In this document: piece by piece, positions 39,731 to 49,347 of the stretch
Position numbering within the stretch: the stretch's first letter is position 1
Layout of the letters: every line of letters starts with the position of its first letter
Sequence record: SRR2962707_1739
Length of the DNA stretch: 64,000 bases
Reading direction: 5' to 3' (one strand)
Translations under genes and position numbers: made by a program
Notes under the pieces: generated by a model
The model's input: only the letters and a program-made list of their open reading frames with translations
The model's database searches: none
Told to the model about the DNA's origin: nothing

Positions 39731-39848
39731 TAAGTTGCTCCTAAAAATGGATTAATGAAGACATTGGTGCGTAGAGGCAAAGTATAGTGGTAGTTTTATT
39801 TGTGATAAATACGACATAAACTAATTAACTATTTCCTAAAACGGTGTA

Positions 39849-40754
39849 ATGACAGTGAATGCTGCAGATTTGACGCTATTTGTAAGTGTTGCCGATCAAG
39901 GGTCGTTTCATAAAGCGGCTGAGCAAGTGGGCTTATCCACGCCTGCTTTGAGTAAAAGAGTCAGTAAATTGGAGGCCTCTCTGGGGGTTCAATTAATTCA
40001 CCGAACCACACGACGACTCAGCTTAACGGAAGCAGGAGAGAGCTTGTATGTCCATGCTAAAAACATAGAGGGACAAGTGAGTGATGCGATCGCATCCGTA
40101 TCGACGTTTAGCCAAGGCTTGACTGGAACAATAAAAATGTCGGTGCCAACGATTTCTGGTGAACTGCTACTGGCCGAGGCGGTGGCGGATTTTTGCCAAC
40201 AATACCCGAATATCACCGTGGATATTCGCCTCGAAAACGACTTCGTGAATTTGGTTGAAGAAGGTCTAGATCTTGCGATACGTACGGGGAAATTGGAAGA
40301 TTCAAGCCTGATCGCCAAACCATTAATTCAATCAAATTGGGTTGTTTGTTGTTCGCCTACGTATTTGGAAAAGCACGGTGAAGCCAAGACACTAGACGCT
40401 TTAAAAGAACACAATTGCCTTGCTTATACTTACCAGACTCATGGCTCATTTGATTGGCGATTCTTTCAAGCAGGGGAAGAAAAAAGTGTTCGAATCAGCG
40501 GCAGTTTTGCGACAAATAATGCTCAAGCACTGCGTAAAGCGGCATTGGCAGGCTTTGGTATAGTGTATGTTCCTCGCTGCAGTGTTTATGAAGATTTGCA
40601 GCAAGGGAAGCTGGTTGCGATTTTGACGCAATTTCAACCTAGGCGCTTGGGGGTCTATGCTATTTACCCTTTTACGAAATATTTGCCAGAAAAGCTTAGG
40701 TTACTCATTGAACACATTAAGCAGGCTTATCAGGATAAAAAAGAGTACTTTTGA
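39849..40754 (+). CDS. LysR family regulator (CrgA-like)
   Basis: HTH GSFHKAAEQ, HRTTRRLSLTEAG; divergent from the oxidase gene. Confidence 0.92.
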   Translation: MTVNAADLTLFVSVADQGSFHKAAEQVGLSTPALSKRVSKLEASLGVQLIHRTTRRLSLTEAGESLYVHAKNIEGQVSDAIASVSTFSQGLTGTIKMSVPTISGELLLAEAVADFCQQYPNITVDIRLENDFVNLVEEGLDLAIRTGKLEDSSLIAKPLIQSNWVVCCSPTYLEKHGEAKTLDALKEHNCLAYTYQTHGSFDWRFFQAGEEKSVRISGSFATNNAQALRKAALAGFGIVYVPRCSVYEDLQQGKLVAILTQFQPRRLGVYAIYPFTKYLPEKLRLLIEHIKQAYQDKKEYF

Positions 40755-40957
40755 GCCTCCCACAGAACGAGTCTTATGAGTTTTCATATAAGGCAAATCC
40801 TATGGTGAATCTTCTGCGCTTTTCTGTGGCGATTTAGAGTAAAGATCTTCGCGCTAGATTGGCATATTCATGGCTAGCGCTTTGATATTCCGTTATCATG
40901 CGCATCATTAGCAGGCGGCATTTTATCGCAGCCTCACTCTTAACCTGTAGGATTCTA

Positions 40958-41266
40958 ATGAAAAAGACATTTCAGCTAACTCACCCAAAAATTGCTTACC
41001 CTCGTTTAATTGAAGCAGCAAAAGCAGACGTTAAAAAATATCTAAAGCGAGAGCGTAATAAGACGTTACCTGACTATGCTGATTTTTGGGGTTTTGACTG
41101 CAAATTCGGTAACACAGCCGAGCAAGCTGATGTGATTCATGTTGCTGAAATTAATGACAAAATCAGCTTTGCAGAAAGCCAAGCTTGGGAAACATTTTAC
41201 CTAGAAATCTTGGCGACACCTGCTAATCGCATGAAACGCCCAGAAGGTGAAGTAGACGGCGAATAA
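40958..41266 (+). CDS. DUF6172 family protein
   Basis: MKKTFQLTHPK, KYLKRERNK, FWGFDCKFG, FYLEILA. Confidence 0.75.
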   Translation: MKKTFQLTHPKIAYPRLIEAAKADVKKYLKRERNKTLPDYADFWGFDCKFGNTAEQADVIHVAEINDKISFAESQAWETFYLEILATPANRMKRPEGEVDGE

Positions 41267-41283
41267 GTCGTTCTGTTGATTTT

Positions 41284-41318
41284 AAAAAGCCAGACTCGTG
41301 TCCATGAGTCTGGCTTTT
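41284..41318 (+). terminator. Intrinsic terminator
   Basis: aaaagccagactc-N8-gagtctggctttt. Confidence 0.8.
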
Positions 41319-41518
41319 GTGTTTCTAATGCCTCTTATTCTCACTAGTGAGCTTGCTAAAGTCATCTCATCATTGCGTCATAATGATCGATACGTTTTTC
41401 CTTTTTCCTGACTCTCTACCTGCTTGTTCGTTTCTCTGTCGCCCTTATTCTAATAAAGAGTGAGGATGCAACGATTCCCCGCGATTGAATGACCGTTTAT
41501 TGTTTCAGGAGTATGGCT

Positions 41519-42364
41519 ATGAGTGATGATGCAAGTCGATTGATTGATCAATTGTTTGAACGCGTAAAAGAGGCTGAAAAGCAAACCGGGGAACGTGATT
41601 CTCATGCGGAGTCGCAAATTAATAAGCGCTTAGTCGAGCAGCCGTCAGCACCTTATTATATGGCGCAAACGATTATTATGCAGGAAGCGGCTCTAAAGCG
41701 ATTAAACGCAAGAGTAGAGCAGTTGGAGCGTAAGTTAACAGAAAAGCCAAGCTCTGGTGGCTTTCTCTCAGGGTTATTTGGCGGCGATTCGTCACAAGGG
41801 ACACAATCGAGAAACGCGCAGAATAAAGCGCAAGCCGGTTGGGGTGATGGTCGTGCCCAATACAAAGGGCAAGGCGCCTCTCAACAACAAGCGTCTGGAC
41901 CTAGGGCGGCGAATCAAACTCAGCCGAATCAAAATTATGGCACTGGTGGCAATCGCAGCTTTTTAGGTGGGGCTCTGCAAACGGCCGCAGGTGTAGCTGG
42001 CGGTGTGGTGGTTGGTAGTATGTTGATGAACATGTTTGGTCACCATACTCCAACCGAAATGGTCGACGTTATTCAAGAAGAACCTACGGGGCAAGATTTT
42101 AGTTCAGATAACATGGGAGACAGCGGCGCAGGGGCAGATGACTTTGCCAGCAATGGATTTGATACAAGTGGCGCGGATCAAGGCGGTTTTGGTCAGGCAG
42201 GCTTTGATCAAAGTAATGGTTTTGACCAATCCAACTTTGAGCAATCCAACTTTGACCAAGGTGGCTTCGCCGATACAGGTTCAGATTCAGGTGGTTTTGG
42301 GCAAGGCGGTTTTGATGATTTCGGTGGTGGTTTTGATGATTTTGGCGATGACTTTGATATCTAA
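41519..42364 (+). CDS. DUF2076 family protein with G/D/F-rich low-complexity tail
   Basis: QPSAPYYMAQT, GGFLSGLFGG, SFLGGALQTAAGVAGG. Confidence 0.85.
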   Translation: MSDDASRLIDQLFERVKEAEKQTGERDSHAESQINKRLVEQPSAPYYMAQTIIMQEAALKRLNARVEQLERKLTEKPSSGGFLSGLFGGDSSQGTQSRNAQNKAQAGWGDGRAQYKGQGASQQQASGPRAANQTQPNQNYGTGGNRSFLGGALQTAAGVAGGVVVGSMLMNMFGHHTPTEMVDVIQEEPTGQDFSSDNMGDSGAGADDFASNGFDTSGADQGGFGQAGFDQSNGFDQSNFEQSNFDQGGFADTGSDSGGFGQGGFDDFGGGFDDFGDDFDI

Positions 42365-42398
42365 ATTGCCGCTTTAGCTTGAAGACATATGGCGATGC

Positions 42399-43376
42399 TT
42401 AATGCTTTAGTAAATGGCCATTTGCGCAATTTTTAGAGACATCGCCTGCTAAGGCTTGAATTAAATTATCGACGGCACAAGACACCATTTTTAAGCGGGT
42501 TTCTGTGGTGGCTGAGCCGATATGAGGGAATAACACCGCATTATCGAGAGTGCACAAAGGGGAGTTTGCAGGTAGGGGTTCTACTTCGTATACATCTAAT
42601 CCGGCCGCTCGAATCACGCGCTTAGAAAGCGCGCTAATGAGCGCTTTTTCATTGATAACCTTGCCCCGTGATCCATTGATAAAAATAGCGCTTTTTTTCA
42701 TCATCGAAAATTCTTTTTCACCAATTAAATGCTCGGTTTGCGGGGTTAATGGTGTCATTACACAGATAAAATCTGAGCTCTCAAGCAGGGCTTCCATGCT
42801 TAGGTAGGTGGCGTTGAGGTCTCGCTCTGCGTTTATATTTCGGCTGCGATTAGTGTATTGAATGGGCATGTTAAAACCAAAGTGTCCTCGTTTTGCAAGC
42901 GCATAACCGATGCGCCCCATACCAATAATACCTAACGTTTTACCATGAACATCTGTGCCGTATTCTGCTGCTCCAATGCTCTTAGTCCAGCGTCCTTCAC
43001 GGACCATATTAGACAGTTCTACCGCACGCCGAGCGGTGCACATAAGCAGGGTAAAGAGGGTGTCTGCAGTGGTTTCATTGAGTACATCGGGAGTGTGCAT
43101 CAGAGGAATACGACGTTCGGCAAGATAGGCTAGATCAAACTGATCCGTTCCAACGGAAATGGTCGATGCCGCTTTGAGTTTAAGGGCTTTATCCAGCACA
43201 TTTGGGCCCATAGGGAGGCTACTGCCAATAAGGCCTTCAGCCTCCTTCAACGCGGCAAAAAAGTCGCTCCGATTCGAATCATTGACTGTGTCAAAAAAAG
43301 AGATGTCGAACCGAGCTTTGAGTCTCTCATACTCTTGTTCAGGGATGGCTTTGTATAAGAGAACTTTTTTTTTCAT
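42399..43376 (-). CDS. kguD: 2-ketogluconate(-6-P) reductase / GhrB-type D-2-hydroxyacid dehydrogenase
   Basis: GIIGMGRIG, NGSRG, GLDVYEVEP, PHIGSAT; kgu context. Confidence 0.8.
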   Translation of the reverse strand: MKKKVLLYKAIPEQEYERLKARFDISFFDTVNDSNRSDFFAALKEAEGLIGSSLPMGPNVLDKALKLKAASTISVGTDQFDLAYLAERRIPLMHTPDVLNETTADTLFTLLMCTARRAVELSNMVREGRWTKSIGAAEYGTDVHGKTLGIIGMGRIGYALAKRGHFGFNMPIQYTNRSRNINAERDLNATYLSMEALLESSDFICVMTPLTPQTEHLIGEKEFSMMKKSAIFINGSRGKVINEKALISALSKRVIRAAGLDVYEVEPLPANSPLCTLDNAVLFPHIGSATTETRLKMVSCAVDNLIQALAGDVSKNCANGHLLKH

Positions 43377-43385
43377 CGTTAACGC

Positions 43386-44336
43386 CTACGCAAGTTCGTT
43401 GAGTTGAGCGCGAGTTGGTAAGCCTTCACTGTCGCCGCGAACCTGTACTGCAAGAGAGCCAAATAAATTACCTCTGCGAGTCGCTTGCTCTGTCGATTCT
43501 CCATCCAGTAAGGCTGAGATAACACCAACAGCAAAGCTGTCGCCTGCTCCAACAGTATCAATAACCTCTTTGACTGGATAGCCAGCAACCGTAGCAGATT
43601 CGCCTGTTGCGGTTTTGTAATACGCTCCTTGGCCACCCAGTTTTACAATCACGGTGTTAACGCCTTGGCTTAGATAAAAATCAGCAATGGTTTCTGGGTC
43701 TTCACTGCCAACCAAAATTTTCCCTTCTTCAACTCCTGGTAAGACAATGTCACTGGCAAAGGCAAGCTGGTTGATTGTGTTAACCATGGTGTCAGTATCA
43801 GGCCAAAGAGAAGGGCGTAAGTTAGTGTCAAAACTAATACTGCTGCCTTGTTCTTTTGCGAAAGTCAGTGCTTGCTGAACGGCTTCTCTCATGGAGCTTG
43901 AAACCGCGGCGGCTACACCAGTCAAATGTAGGTGGCTGCTAGAATGGAATAGACTGCGATCAATGTCTGTTGCATTTAATGTGGAGGCGGCTGAGTTACG
44001 ACGAAAATACTCAACAGCAGGATCGCTGCCATCAGTTTGTTTTGTTTTCATCATGAAGCCGGTGGCGTGTTCCGCGCTTTCCGCGATAGCATCGGTTCCA
44101 ATGCGCTCTTTTGCTATGGCTTTTTTAATGAATTGTCCTAAGCAATCTTGGCCAATTTTGCTGATGTAAGTGGTGGGGAAATCTAGGCGAGCCATACCGA
44201 TCGCCACATTGACTTCTGCCCCAGCAAGAGAGCGGCTAAATTCTTCGACTTCTGCAAGTGGTTCAGGTGTTTTAGCAATAAATAGGGCCATAGCTTCGCC
44301 CAGCGTAACAAAAGATGGTGCCGCATTTGTTTGCAT
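43386..44336 (-). CDS. kguK: PfkB family 2-ketogluconate kinase
   Basis: AGAEVNVAIG, DPAVEYFRRNSAAS, FDTNLRPSLW, DTVGAGDSF. Confidence 0.8.
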   Translation of the reverse strand: MQTNAAPSFVTLGEAMALFIAKTPEPLAEVEEFSRSLAGAEVNVAIGMARLDFPTTYISKIGQDCLGQFIKKAIAKERIGTDAIAESAEHATGFMMKTKQTDGSDPAVEYFRRNSAASTLNATDIDRSLFHSSSHLHLTGVAAAVSSSMREAVQQALTFAKEQGSSISFDTNLRPSLWPDTDTMVNTINQLAFASDIVLPGVEEGKILVGSEDPETIADFYLSQGVNTVIVKLGGQGAYYKTATGESATVAGYPVKEVIDTVGAGDSFAVGVISALLDGESTEQATRRGNLFGSLAVQVRGDSEGLPTRAQLNELA

Positions 44337-44530
44337 TGTGGTCTCTCTTCTAACATTCATGGTGACTATATAGAGTAATTTTTATTGTATTTTGATACTA
44401 AATAAGTTGCCTTAGAAAAATGCATCGTAGCAAAATAATAAGAATTCATACGAGAATGATGACCTAAATAACAGACTACTGTGAGTACTTTATTGTATTT
44501 ATATTGATCACATCAAGCGCCATGACAATA

Positions 44531-44550
44531 TCATGGGATCGGTTCCATGA
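44531..44550. promoter_or_regulatory. PtxS-like operator
   Basis: tcaTGGGATCGGTTCCAtga palindrome resembles the PtxS site TGAAACCGGTTTCA; lies between ptxS and kguK. Confidence 0.65.
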
Positions 44551-44582
44551 ACAGAGTCTGTCTTTTCTTAGAGGCGTTTTTT

Positions 44583-45593
44583 CTAGGTAGATTGACGAAT
44601 AATAAGCTCTGCTGGCAACTGAATGTGTTGTGCTGGCTCTGTATTTCCTTGGATGCGAGTAAGTAATCTACTGCAAGCTTGCTGCCCTATTTCACGGGTG
44701 GGTTGTCGCATGACGGTAATCCCCCCTTCAAAAAGTTGCACCCATTCTGGGTCATCGATGCTGATCATGCCGATCTGATGCCCAAGCTTAAGCTGTCGGC
44801 TTTTTATGGCTTTGGCTGCCAATAAAGTGGCCACGCCATTTGTGGTGAAAATGGCTTGTTTACAGCCTTTGTGTCGATTCATGAAATCACCGATGGCGGC
44901 ATTTAGGTGGGCGTCGTTGCTTTTGCTGACTTCAACGAGCTCGTAGGCGATGTCGGAATGCTGCTGACAAAAGGTTTCAATGGCATTGATCCGAGCTTTA
45001 CGAGGGGCGACGTCTAAAGATTCGGTTACCACCAGAATGGATTGATAGTGCCGAGCTTTTAAATGCTGACATGCATCCTCGATGGCGGCCTCATTGTCCA
45101 GCCCAACAGAATCGAACCCCAAAGACGTGTCAATTCTGTCCACAAGGACCAGCGGGCAATTTATTTGCTTAAGATGGTTAAGTTGAGTTTGTGCCATGTC
45201 TGCGGTGTTCACAATAAGGCCATCGACCCGATGGGCTTCAAGTAAGGCCAAATAGCCTTCCTGTAAAGCCGTTTCATTGTCTGTATTGCAAACCATCAAC
45301 ATATAGCCTTGTTGACGACAGATATGTTCTACCCCTTGGAGAATATCAATGGAATAGGGGTTGGTGACGTCGGCGAGTAATAGTCCAATCAGCTTAGAAT
45401 GCCCCGCTTTTAGCATTCGAGCAGAATGGTTGGGGCGAAAATCGAGATGCTCTATTGCGTCTGCAATTTTATCTCGTAACGCATCAGAGAGCTTATCTTG
45501 CTCACCATTTAGGTATCGGGAGACACTGGTTTTTCCGACTTTTGCGTAGTTAGCAACATCTGAAATAGTGGCGAAACTTTTGTGGTTCTTCAA
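44583..45593 (-). CDS. ptxS: LacI family regulator PtxS/KguR-like
   Basis: ATISDVANYAKVGKTSVSRYLNG, ADVTNPYS; TTG start. Confidence 0.8.
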   Translation of the reverse strand: MKNHKSFATISDVANYAKVGKTSVSRYLNGEQDKLSDALRDKIADAIEHLDFRPNHSARMLKAGHSKLIGLLLADVTNPYSIDILQGVEHICRQQGYMLMVCNTDNETALQEGYLALLEAHRVDGLIVNTADMAQTQLNHLKQINCPLVLVDRIDTSLGFDSVGLDNEAAIEDACQHLKARHYQSILVVTESLDVAPRKARINAIETFCQQHSDIAYELVEVSKSNDAHLNAAIGDFMNRHKGCKQAIFTTNGVATLLAAKAIKSRQLKLGHQIGMISIDDPEWVQLFEGGITVMRQPTREIGQQACSRLLTRIQGNTEPAQHIQLPAELIIRQST

Positions 45594-46399
45594 TGTGTTA
45601 TCTCACAGTAGAGTCCTGAGTGGGCGATTTCTTATTTCAGCCTTCGCCGCTGGGATGACTGTAAACGATCTATTTACTCAGGCGCAATGGTCTTATTGCG
45701 CCAAAATGCGAATGAAAATCGCTTAGTATGTTGCTATATAGGGTACTTTTTTGTTGAGTATATGCTGACGTTATTTCTTGGCGTCAGCGGATGGACGGTG
45801 TTTTTTCCATTTTCATGCCTTATTCACAGAGTCTCCATTATCTTGTTAGAAAACCTGCAGAAGGCTTGGTTTCCTTGTGATTTGACAGGGCGACGACAGT
45901 GATGAGCGACATGATTTATCGTGTTGTTGTTTTCTTTATGAGATGGAAAGCAATTATTTACTGAGCTGAAATTCAGTTTTATGACAGGGTTATTTTCATA
46001 ACTCTATGTTTCATATCTATTTTTTAATTTTCTATCTGGTCATTCTTATTAAATATGTAGCGACTTTGTATGCGTTGATGCAAATAACGACGTCCTGCGC
46101 AGTGAATAGGGTGTTCTCAAAGATCAATGGTGAGGATTTTGTCAGGATTTAGGATTATGTAATGACGCTATGTCAGCAACGGTGAGTGGCTTGCTTGAGG
46201 TGTCATAAATATTGCTGTAATTATTCGTCGCGATATTGTTACGACTAAGCAGATCTGTCTCGCAACATGATCAGCAAGACCTTTACCTTGTTCGCTTTTA
46301 TATCTTTTGTATCAACGACATAGAAAGTGCAATGTTACTAATGTGAGACACCGTCGTATCAATAAGTTCACCTTTTTATAAAAAAAATGAGTTCGAGTA

Positions 46400-47800
46400 A
46401 TGGGGAAGTTGACCATGGGTAGTAACACGACAAGTGAACAGTTAGGGGCAGGCCTAACGAATCGACAGGTTTCGATGATCTCAATCGCAGGAATAATTGG
46501 TGCTGGGCTGTTTGTCGGCTCTGCTAATGCCATTGCGACAACCGGTCCTGCTATTATTATTTCTTATGCATTAACCGGCTTGTTGGTGCTACTGGTAATG
46601 CGAATGCTCGGCGAGATGGCGGTTTCTAATCCTGACTCTGGCTCTTTTTCTACTTATGCGGCTTGTGCTATCGGGCCATGGGCTGGTTTTACTATTGGTT
46701 GGCTTTATTGGTGGTTTTGGGTGCTCGTGATTCCAGTTGAAGCCATTGCCGGGGCGAATATTCTTCACGCTTGGTTTCAAGGTATTGCCTCATGGGAATT
46801 TGCCATTGGCATTATGGTGGTGTTGACGTTATCTAATTTGTGGGACGTGAAAAGCTTTGGTGAATTCGAATTCTGGTTTGCACTGATTAAAGTGGTGGCC
46901 ATTATTGCGTTTATTATTGCTGGCGGATTGGCCATCTTTGGCTTTTGGCCTTTGGCGAATGTGAGCGGCGTCGCCAGCTTGTATTCCCATGGCGGTTTCA
47001 TGCCAAATGGTTTTGGCGCCGTATTAGCTGGTGTGTTGGTGACTATCTTTTCTTTCTTTGGGGCTGAAATTGTTACGATCGCCGCCGCTGAATCAGAAAA
47101 CCCACAAGCTAAAATTCGTCAGGCAACAAAACTTGTTATTTACCGTATAGCTTTGTTTTATCTGCTGTCTATTTTTATCGTAGTGTCTTTGGTCGCATGG
47201 AATGACCCGGCTCTTAAGCAAGGCTCTTTTCAGTTTGTATTAACTGCACTAAATGTCCCTCACGCAAAATTACTGGTAGACATTGTTGTCTTGACCGCCG
47301 TATGCAGTTGCATGAACTCCGGTTTATACACGGCTTCTCGTATGTTTTATTCACTGGCGCGTCGTGGCGATGCGCCGGCTATCGCTAAAAAACTGTCACC
47401 TAGAGGTGTGCCGCGTTTGGCGGTTATTGCTTCGACCATCGCGGGTTTCGTTGGGTGTTTTGCAAGCTATGTGTTTCCGGGGGAAGTGTTTGGTTTCTTA
47501 TTGTCGACAACCGGCGCGATTGCGCTTGTGGTGTATCTCGTTATTGCTGTTTCACAATTAAGAATGCGCACGGCAATGGAAAAGCAAGGAGACTCTCCAG
47601 ACTTCAAAATGTGGCTGTTTCCAGGCTTAACATGGGCAACAATTGCGGTGATTTTGGTGGTTCTAGGTTACATGTGCTTCTCACCAGAGTATCGACCTGA
47701 AACCTTTGCCACCATTGGGGTCACAGGCATTATGTTGATCTGCAGTTTTATTGTTATTAAGAAACGCTCGACCACACTCGACGGTTTAGTAACAAACTAG
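46400..47800 (+). CDS. APC amino-acid permease, GabP-like
   Basis: MISIAGIIGAGLFVGS, GWLYWWFW, FGEFEFWFA, NSGLYTASRM. Confidence 0.88.
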   Translation: MGKLTMGSNTTSEQLGAGLTNRQVSMISIAGIIGAGLFVGSANAIATTGPAIIISYALTGLLVLLVMRMLGEMAVSNPDSGSFSTYAACAIGPWAGFTIGWLYWWFWVLVIPVEAIAGANILHAWFQGIASWEFAIGIMVVLTLSNLWDVKSFGEFEFWFALIKVVAIIAFIIAGGLAIFGFWPLANVSGVASLYSHGGFMPNGFGAVLAGVLVTIFSFFGAEIVTIAAAESENPQAKIRQATKLVIYRIALFYLLSIFIVVSLVAWNDPALKQGSFQFVLTALNVPHAKLLVDIVVLTAVCSCMNSGLYTASRMFYSLARRGDAPAIAKKLSPRGVPRLAVIASTIAGFVGCFASYVFPGEVFGFLLSTTGAIALVVYLVIAVSQLRMRTAMEKQGDSPDFKMWLFPGLTWATIAVILVVLGYMCFSPEYRPETFATIGVTGIMLICSFIVIKKRSTTLDGLVTN

Positions 47801-48120
47801 CCATTATGCTAACAGTGGGGGGATTTTCCGCTGTTTAGACAATGTCTTATTCCTGTCTATTCATACACAGAACAAGTTCTATTGTGATTGTGTATGAATA
47901 GATATCAGCCATCATTTTCTGCTTAAGACACTCATCTTTTTCGTTGATCTATCTCTTGTTCTTAGCTTTCTAGATTGTTAGATATCCGTTCTATAACGGG
48001 TTAAACTAGAAGATTAGTTCGAGCTGTCTTTAGTGTTTACTACTGAATAGGGAGCTTTATTCATTTAATTTAGTCTTATGCTTATCCATCAGGGTGGCTG
48101 GCTATGTCTTAGGGTACGAG

Positions 48121-49296
48121 ATGAGAATTGCGGTTGTAGTGAATTCATTAAAAATGGGAGGCATGGAAAGAGTTGCCTGTAGTCTATCTGATGCGTTTAC
48201 TAAGCAAGGGCATGACACCCACCTTATTTATTTGAAAAACCGTCAAGTTGAGATTAAACCAAGTAACCCAGAAGTGCAGTTGCACTTATTTAATTTACAG
48301 AAATGGGTTTTACTGAGCGGCATAGGTTTTTTGTGGATGATTCTTTGCCGATTATCCAATGTCGCCTTTCGCAAGTCTTTCGCCGTGCTTTTTGCTTATG
48401 CAGAGGCATTGGTTTTTGCTTATAAATTAAAAAAAGTAGAAAAAAAATCTGGTCGTTTTGATCTTATCGTATTTCGCGGCCATGGTACCTTTAGCCACGT
48501 TTGGCCATTGAAAGATAAGCGTTTTGTGTTTGTTTGCGAGAGCACTCAAAACAAGAAGCACTTTGGAAAACACTCCAAACGTATTTACTCTTTATTGTTT
48601 TCAAATCGACGCATGGTCTGTGTATCTGAAGGTGCTAAGCTGTCTTTTATGGACTTGATTGAATCCTTTAATATTTCTTGTGAAAGTGTTTTGACGATTA
48701 GTAACCCAAATGATTATGAACATATTTTCCGTGAGTCCGTGAACTTAATGCCCGATGTCGCCTACCATGCAAAACCTTATATTTTGGGGTTAGGACGGTT
48801 AGTCCCAGGTAAGAATTTTCCTTTGCTGATCGATGCTTATTGTTTTGCTCGTCAACATTATGGGCTCAAGCAGGACCTAGTGATTGTTGGAGAAGGAAGA
48901 GAAAAAGATACGATAAAAAACAAGATAAAAGCCTTGGGTTTGGAGGACTGCGTGTTTTTGAAAGGGCAACAAAACAACCCTTTTCCTTGGTATAAACAGG
49001 CAGATCTTTTTGTTTTAAGTTCAAAAAGTGAAGGGCTAGGAATGGTGCTGATTGAAGCGCTTGCTTGTGGTACTAGTGTCGTGGCGACCAATTGTCCAGG
49101 TGGCGTTGGAGATATCATGGTCGGTAAACTAAGAGATTTTTTAGCAGAGCAAACGCCAGAGTCATTAGCCCAGAAAATGATATTAGCCTTAGAGCAAGCA
49201 AAGGTTCCTGAGCTAAAAGCCGATGTTGCTAAAGCACTAGAACAATTTGATGAAGAGTATATTGTTAGAAAATATCGTGATGCTTATTTAACCTAA
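48121..49296 (+). CDS. Glycosyltransferase family 4 (GT-B)
   Basis: GGMERV, LGRLVPGKNF, EGLGMVLIEALACG. Confidence 0.9.
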   Translation: MRIAVVVNSLKMGGMERVACSLSDAFTKQGHDTHLIYLKNRQVEIKPSNPEVQLHLFNLQKWVLLSGIGFLWMILCRLSNVAFRKSFAVLFAYAEALVFAYKLKKVEKKSGRFDLIVFRGHGTFSHVWPLKDKRFVFVCESTQNKKHFGKHSKRIYSLLFSNRRMVCVSEGAKLSFMDLIESFNISCESVLTISNPNDYEHIFRESVNLMPDVAYHAKPYILGLGRLVPGKNFPLLIDAYCFARQHYGLKQDLVIVGEGREKDTIKNKIKALGLEDCVFLKGQQNNPFPWYKQADLFVLSSKSEGLGMVLIEALACGTSVVATNCPGGVGDIMVGKLRDFLAEQTPESLAQKMILALEQAKVPELKADVAKALEQFDEEYIVRKYRDAYLT

Positions 49297-49347
49297 CCTC
49301 TGTCCTTAATACACGTTTAATGGATTGACTCAACAGATAGAATTTTT

